Source of the DNA: a virus
Taxonomy: Duplodnaviria; Caudoviricetes
Direction: 5' to 3' (one strand)
Length of the DNA: 29,493 bases
IMG/VR virus record: IMGVR_UViG_3300030376_001264
Span: 1-29,493 of that record
In this document: positions 25,724 through 29,493 of the stretch, in pieces
How positions within the stretch are numbered: the first letter of the stretch is position 1
Layout of the letters: each line of letters starts with the position of its first letter
The notes under the pieces: generated by a model
What the model was told of the DNA's origin: nothing
Database searches by the model: none
What the model saw: the letters and a program-made list of their open reading frames with translations, nothing else
Program-made: the position numbers and the translations under genes

Positions 25724-26413
25724 ATGTTAGCATTAAAATTAGCTTTAAGTTTATCATCAATTAAAGGGGGAAGTGCTGCTGCATGGTCACCTACTGACGA
25801 ATCAAGTCTTGAGGCTTGGTATCAAAGAGGTGTTGGTATTGAATTAAATGGTTCAGATGTTAGTCAATGGGGCGATAGTTCTACAAATGACAACCATGCA
25901 ATACAAACTGATTCGGTGCAACAACCAGCTTATTCAAATGGGGTTTTAACTTTTGTAAATGCAGACAACAATAATTTAGACTTAACAACACGAATATCAT
26001 TTACTGGTGCGTTCACCATAGGGTTTAGGGCTTTTCCATCAATTGACAATATTTGTATTATTGGTGATACTGGTGGTGGCGCTTCATTTGATGAGTTTTT
26101 AAAATATACTTTATTAACCAGATTGTCTATAAAAATAGATGGTTCAGTAAAGCATTTAAACTTAGATAGTGGTACATTTGGCGATGATTATATTGTAATT
26201 ACAAGAGATAGTTCAGATGTTGTTAAGTTGCACAAAAATGGCGTTTTACAAGTAGACACAGCAACAGCATCAGGAACAGCAGACATAAATGTAATAGGTA
26301 ATAGAGATGGCTCAAGGAATGCTTTTACAGGGACTATGGAAGAGTTTCAATTTTACAGTGATACAAATGCTACATTAACAGCTAATGTAAACGCTAGGTT
26401 AGCCAGTATATAA
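25724..26413 (+). CDS. LamG/concanavalin-A-like domain protein (head or tail fibre)
   Basis: WSP...LEAWY, DVSQWGDSS..NHAIQ...PAY, LHKNG, IG...FTGTMEEFQFY. Confidence 0.7.
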   Translation: MLALKLALSLSSIKGGSAAAWSPTDESSLEAWYQRGVGIELNGSDVSQWGDSSTNDNHAIQTDSVQQPAYSNGVLTFVNADNNNLDLTTRISFTGAFTIGFRAFPSIDNICIIGDTGGGASFDEFLKYTLLTRLSIKIDGSVKHLNLDSGTFGDDYIVITRDSSDVVKLHKNGVLQVDTATASGTADINVIGNRDGSRNAFTGTMEEFQFYSDTNATLTANVNARLASI

Positions 26414-26424
26414 AATAAAAAAAC

Positions 26425-28419
26425 ATGAAAGACAATATCATAAATATTAATTTAGAAACAAGTACAGCGCCAGTTGTTAAAGAAACTAGAGGTAGGGATT
26501 GGATTTCTTATGGTGATGCTAATGGGGAATGGGCGAACCTATATCCGCAGTTTCTAGTTGATTTATACTATTCAAGTTCAATATCAGCAGCGATTATCAA
26601 TTCTACTTCTGAGATGATAGCAGGTGAGGCTCTTATTATAGAAGATGAGGAAGACAGAGACTTAGAAGCTACTGTTAAACTTCAAAACTTTATGAATAGA
26701 GCTAATAGCAATGAAAGTCTTCATGAAATAATAAAGAAACTAGCTTTTGATTTTAAGCTGCAAGGAGGGTTCGCCCTTAACATTGTTTGGAGTAAGGATC
26801 GTACTCAAATCGCTGAGCTCTACCATTTAGATGTAACGAAGCTAAGATGTGCTAAACCTGATGAAATGGGAAGGACTACAGGTTATTATATCTCAGCTGA
26901 CTGGTCTAACACTAGACAAAACAAGCCTTATTACGTTCCTGCATTTAATCCTAATGACAGAACATCAGCAAATCAAATAATGTATTCAGGTCTTTATAGT
27001 CCTGATATGAACTCGTATTACACCCCTGACTACGTCTCTTGCAATAATTGGGCGCTTATCGATGCTCGTGTCTCAGAATATCATCTCAACGCTATATCTA
27101 GTGGATTCTCTGGTAGCTTTATGATTTCCTTCGCGAATGGTATTCCGACACAGGAAGAAAGAATGCAAATTGAAAGAAGTCTTACTGAAAAATTCGTCGG
27201 ACAGAGCAACGCAGGCAAATTTGTGCTAACGTTCAGCGACGATAAAACAAGAACTCCAGAAGTTACACCAATAAGTACAAGTGATCTCGATAAGCAATAT
27301 TTAGCACTCCAAGAACTACTTACTTCGAACATACTTTCTGGGCATCGTGTAACGTCTAAAACTCTCATGGGTATTGATTCAGCCAATGGATTCTCATCAA
27401 ATACAGACGAAATCGTAAATGCTGCAAATTTCTATCTTAACACGGTAATAAAACCATTTCAGGATCACATAGTAAAACAGCTAAGAAAAATATTCCAAAT
27501 TAACAATATGGATATGCCTGTTAATTTTGTTCAGCTTAAACCTATAACAGTACAATTTGATTCTAAGACTATAAGGGAAGTTATGACTCAAGATGAGATA
27601 CGTGAAGAGCTTGGGTTAGAGCCCTTAGGAGATGAGGAAGCAGTTGATGAATCATTAGAATTAAGTAAAGTTGGAATGATTGATGGAAAGCCTGTTTTTA
27701 GCACCATAGGAGAGGCTGAGGCACATGCAAAGACTTTAGGGTGTGTTGGGTATCACGAGCATGAATATGAAGGCAGAAGGGCTTATATGGCTTGCGAAGG
27801 GCATTCAGAGGCAACTGGTCTTTCTAAATGGATAGAAAAGTTTGGTGAAGATATGCCAAGTGATTGGGAGTTAGTAGATGAAGAAATTGTTGATGGAGAG
27901 CATACAGACTTTGACTTTGAAGATGAACTTAACAAATTAGCAGAAGAAAAGATTGAGTTAGCAGAGGCTGTAACTGCAACACCAAATAAAAGAAGCTCAC
28001 AAGATGGGGCTAATAGGTCAAGGAGTTTTTATTATAAAGTGAGATATGTGTATGCTACTGATAATTTCTTAGTTAACAAGTCAGGAACTAGCAGAGACTT
28101 TTGCAAAGATATGGTCGATGCAAACAAGCTATACACTAAAGAAGATTTGGTAAATGCAGATAGTCAAATACTTAACAAGGGTTTTGGTCATGATGGTGAG
28201 GCGTACAATATTTTTCTTTACAAGGGCGGACCACAGTGCCGACATTTTTTCCTCAGGAAGATTTTCAAAACATCATTAAGAAATGCAAAGCAACCAATTG
28301 AAGATAGTCAACTTATAGGCTATACAAAAGCAAGATCAGAAGGATTTACAGCTGAAAGAAATGATAAGCTAGTAGCAATAGCACCACAACGAATGGAAAA
28401 TAACGGATATTATAATTAA
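26425..28419 (+). CDS. Portal protein with a long C-terminal extension
   Basis: WISYG..NLYPQFLVDLYYSS, GGFALNIVWS, GQSNAGKF, ILSGHRVTS..LMGI, VIKPFQ, MTQDEIREELGLEPL; then about 260 extra aa. Confidence 0.88.
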   Translation: MKDNIININLETSTAPVVKETRGRDWISYGDANGEWANLYPQFLVDLYYSSSISAAIINSTSEMIAGEALIIEDEEDRDLEATVKLQNFMNRANSNESLHEIIKKLAFDFKLQGGFALNIVWSKDRTQIAELYHLDVTKLRCAKPDEMGRTTGYYISADWSNTRQNKPYYVPAFNPNDRTSANQIMYSGLYSPDMNSYYTPDYVSCNNWALIDARVSEYHLNAISSGFSGSFMISFANGIPTQEERMQIERSLTEKFVGQSNAGKFVLTFSDDKTRTPEVTPISTSDLDKQYLALQELLTSNILSGHRVTSKTLMGIDSANGFSSNTDEIVNAANFYLNTVIKPFQDHIVKQLRKIFQINNMDMPVNFVQLKPITVQFDSKTIREVMTQDEIREELGLEPLGDEEAVDESLELSKVGMIDGKPVFSTIGEAEAHAKTLGCVGYHEHEYEGRRAYMACEGHSEATGLSKWIEKFGEDMPSDWELVDEEIVDGEHTDFDFEDELNKLAEEKIELAEAVTATPNKRSSQDGANRSRSFYYKVRYVYATDNFLVNKSGTSRDFCKDMVDANKLYTKEDLVNADSQILNKGFGHDGEAYNIFLYKGGPQCRHFFLRKIFKTSLRNAKQPIEDSQLIGYTKARSEGFTAERNDKLVAIAPQRMENNGYYN

Positions 28420-28421
28420 CT

Positions 28422-28994
28422 ATGTCATACGTACTCTTTATCTCTCAACAGAAGCTCGCAGAATCAACTGCAATAAACCTTAATGTCGATACGGAATTAT
28501 TATTACCGTATGTAAGGCAGGCACAAAAACTATATGTTGAACCTAAATTAGGAACGGATTTAACACAAAAATTAAAAGATTTAATTACAGCAGGAACAAT
28601 TGGTGATGTTGCTAATGCAGCTTACAAGACTTTATTAGAAGACTATATTGGCGATATGCTGCCTAATTGGGCGTTTTATCATGCTGTACCGTTCTTGCGT
28701 TTTAAAATCGAAAACGGAAATATTTACTCTAAAACATCAGAGACGGGAAATTCACTCTCTACTGAAGAGGCACAGCACCTAAGGGAAGAGATAAGAAACA
28801 CATCTGAATACTACACAGAACGTATGATTGATTATGTAACAAACAATTTATCTGATTTTCCAGAATACTCGACAAATAGTGGGGCAGACGTTTCGCCAGA
28901 CCGAAATGCATTTTATAACAACATGAATCTAGAAAGACCTAATAGACAGGGAACTGAATTAACATTAAGAAACTTTTTAACTGCTGGAGATTAA
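28422..28994 (+). CDS. Putative head-tail adaptor (DUF6712-like)
   Basis: VLFIS...NVDTELLLPYVRQAQ...LGTDL...FPEY; follows the portal. Confidence 0.65.
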   Translation: MSYVLFISQQKLAESTAINLNVDTELLLPYVRQAQKLYVEPKLGTDLTQKLKDLITAGTIGDVANAAYKTLLEDYIGDMLPNWAFYHAVPFLRFKIENGNIYSKTSETGNSLSTEEAQHLREEIRNTSEYYTERMIDYVTNNLSDFPEYSTNSGADVSPDRNAFYNNMNLERPNRQGTELTLRNFLTAGD

Positions 28995-29116
28995 TGAAAA
29001 AACACTATAAACCAAAATCAATAAACATAACAAAGCTGAAATCCTACTTGGATAAAAAGCCTAATACAAATAACAATGACAGACCTAAGAGACACACTAC
29101 AAGTAGGACTAGCTAA
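28994..29116 (+). CDS. 40-aa basic peptide (MKKHYKPKSINITKLKSYLDKK...)
   Basis: TAATG overlap with the adaptor stop codon. Confidence 0.55.
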   Translation: MKKHYKPKSINITKLKSYLDKKPNTNNNDRPKRHTTSRTS

Positions 29117-29228
29117 CGGATCAGCAATTGGCTTCAGTATTACTGACTGCAATGAGTATCTTACTCTTATTTCGCTTGTACTAGCGATAAGTTTCACTAT
29201 TTATAAATTCATAAAATTTAAGAAATGA
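29076..29228 (+). CDS. 50-aa holin-like membrane peptide (MTDLRDTLQVGLANGSAIGFSITDCNEYLTLISLVLAISFTIYKFIKFKK)
   Basis: Hydrophobic helix with a basic tail, upstream of the putative endolysin. Confidence 0.65.
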   Translation: MTDLRDTLQVGLANGSAIGFSITDCNEYLTLISLVLAISFTIYKFIKFKK

Positions 29229-29320
29229 AAAAACTAATATGCAATCTTATATATAAATTGACAGGGCAAACATATTGTCTAAAGTGGTGTGGTGATTGTA
29301 GTTTCAAAGGGTGTAAATGA
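29225..29320 (+). CDS. 31-aa Cys-rich peptide (MKKLICNLIYKLTGQTYCLKWCGDCSFKGCK)
   Basis: ATGA overlaps on both sides; five Cys. Confidence 0.6.
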   Translation: MKKLICNLIYKLTGQTYCLKWCGDCSFKGCK

Positions 29321-29445
29321 AACGAACTAAGCTAAATAGCACGAACCCAAAGTATAACAAAAACAAAAAGAATGTGGTTAAAATGCGTCAAGAACTTATT
29401 AAGGAAGTTAAAGGCTGCAAAATCTATAAAACCTACTATCTCTAA
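29317..29445 (+). CDS. 42-aa basic peptide (MKRTKLNSTNPKYNKNKKNVVKMRQELIKEVKGCKIYKTYYL)
   Basis: ATGA overlap with the upstream peptide; overlaps the DUF5675 5' region in another frame. Confidence 0.55.
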   Translation: MKRTKLNSTNPKYNKNKKNVVKMRQELIKEVKGCKIYKTYYL

Positions 29446-29493
29446 ACCTCATCACATTAATCTTTTAATCATTCGTGATACCTTTACTGATGA
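29372..29493 (+). CDS. 5' part of the DUF5675 putative endolysin (continues at window start; 161 aa if this ATG is used)
   Basis: ATG TGG TTA AAA TGC GTC AAG AAC TTA TTA AGG... is in frame with 3..464 through the terminal repeat. Confidence 0.6.
   Translation, partial: MWLKCVKNLLRKLKAAKSIKPTISKPHHINLLIIRDTFTD
29394..29493. repeat. Terminal direct repeat, right copy
   Basis: 99 of 100 bases identical to 1-100. Confidence 0.97.

Noticed and set aside
1990-27386. All minus-strand ORFs in the track (for example 7336-7704, 16980-17321, 20771-21235, 27081-27386)
   Set aside because: Each lies antisense to a well-supported + strand gene and has the Ser/Phe/Leu/Ile-rich composition typical of shadow frames, with no recognisable motifs.
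1-29493. CRISPR array, tRNA, integrase, reverse transcriptase/DGR, intron or intein
   Set aside because: No regularly spaced repeat-spacer array, cloverleaf, recombinase, RT motif or interrupted core gene was seen by eye; terL, MCP and the portal core are contiguous.
1-29493. Alternative genetic code (stop-codon reassignment as in some crAss-like phages)
   Set aside because: Standard-code ORFs tile the genome densely, with intact long genes and normal TAA/TGA/TAG stops.

Overview
The window looks like an essentially complete, circularly assembled tailed-phage genome. Bases 1-100 are repeated at 29394-29493 with one mismatch, giving a unit length of about 29,393 bp. It is AT-rich and every credible protein gene is on the + strand. 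The host is probably a Bacteroidota/Flavobacteriia bacterium: starts are A-rich without Shine-Dalgarno sites, there are TAnnTTTG-type promoters, and a DUF3127 SSB-like gene is present. Modules in order: lysis (DUF5675 L,D-peptidase-like endolysin spanning the junction, holin-like peptides, metallophosphoesterase); early/replication genes (Sak/Rad52, SSB-like, DnaA domain-IV-like protein, initiator with internal iterons, HTH, NinG); a phage ECF-like sigma factor; ParB plus a TAGT/GREB1-like glycosyltransferase coupled to terS-terL; tail genes (frameshifted chaperone, terminator, neck, distal tail, hub, fibre, tape measure); then head genes (XkdF protease, scaffold, MCP), major tail, LamG protein, an extended portal and an adaptor. 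No polymerase, helicase, integrase or repressor was recognised. The most unusual signals are: a minus-strand small RNA with its own host-type promoter and terminator, whose single-stranded parts read like antisense copies of translation starts, plus a second hairpin of similar design; five copies of a putative phage-sigma late promoter; a DNA-glycosylation module with no visible base hydroxylase; and sharp CpG-rich patches in conserved structural genes of an otherwise CpG-poor genome. All family assignments come from motif recognition by eye; no database searches were run.
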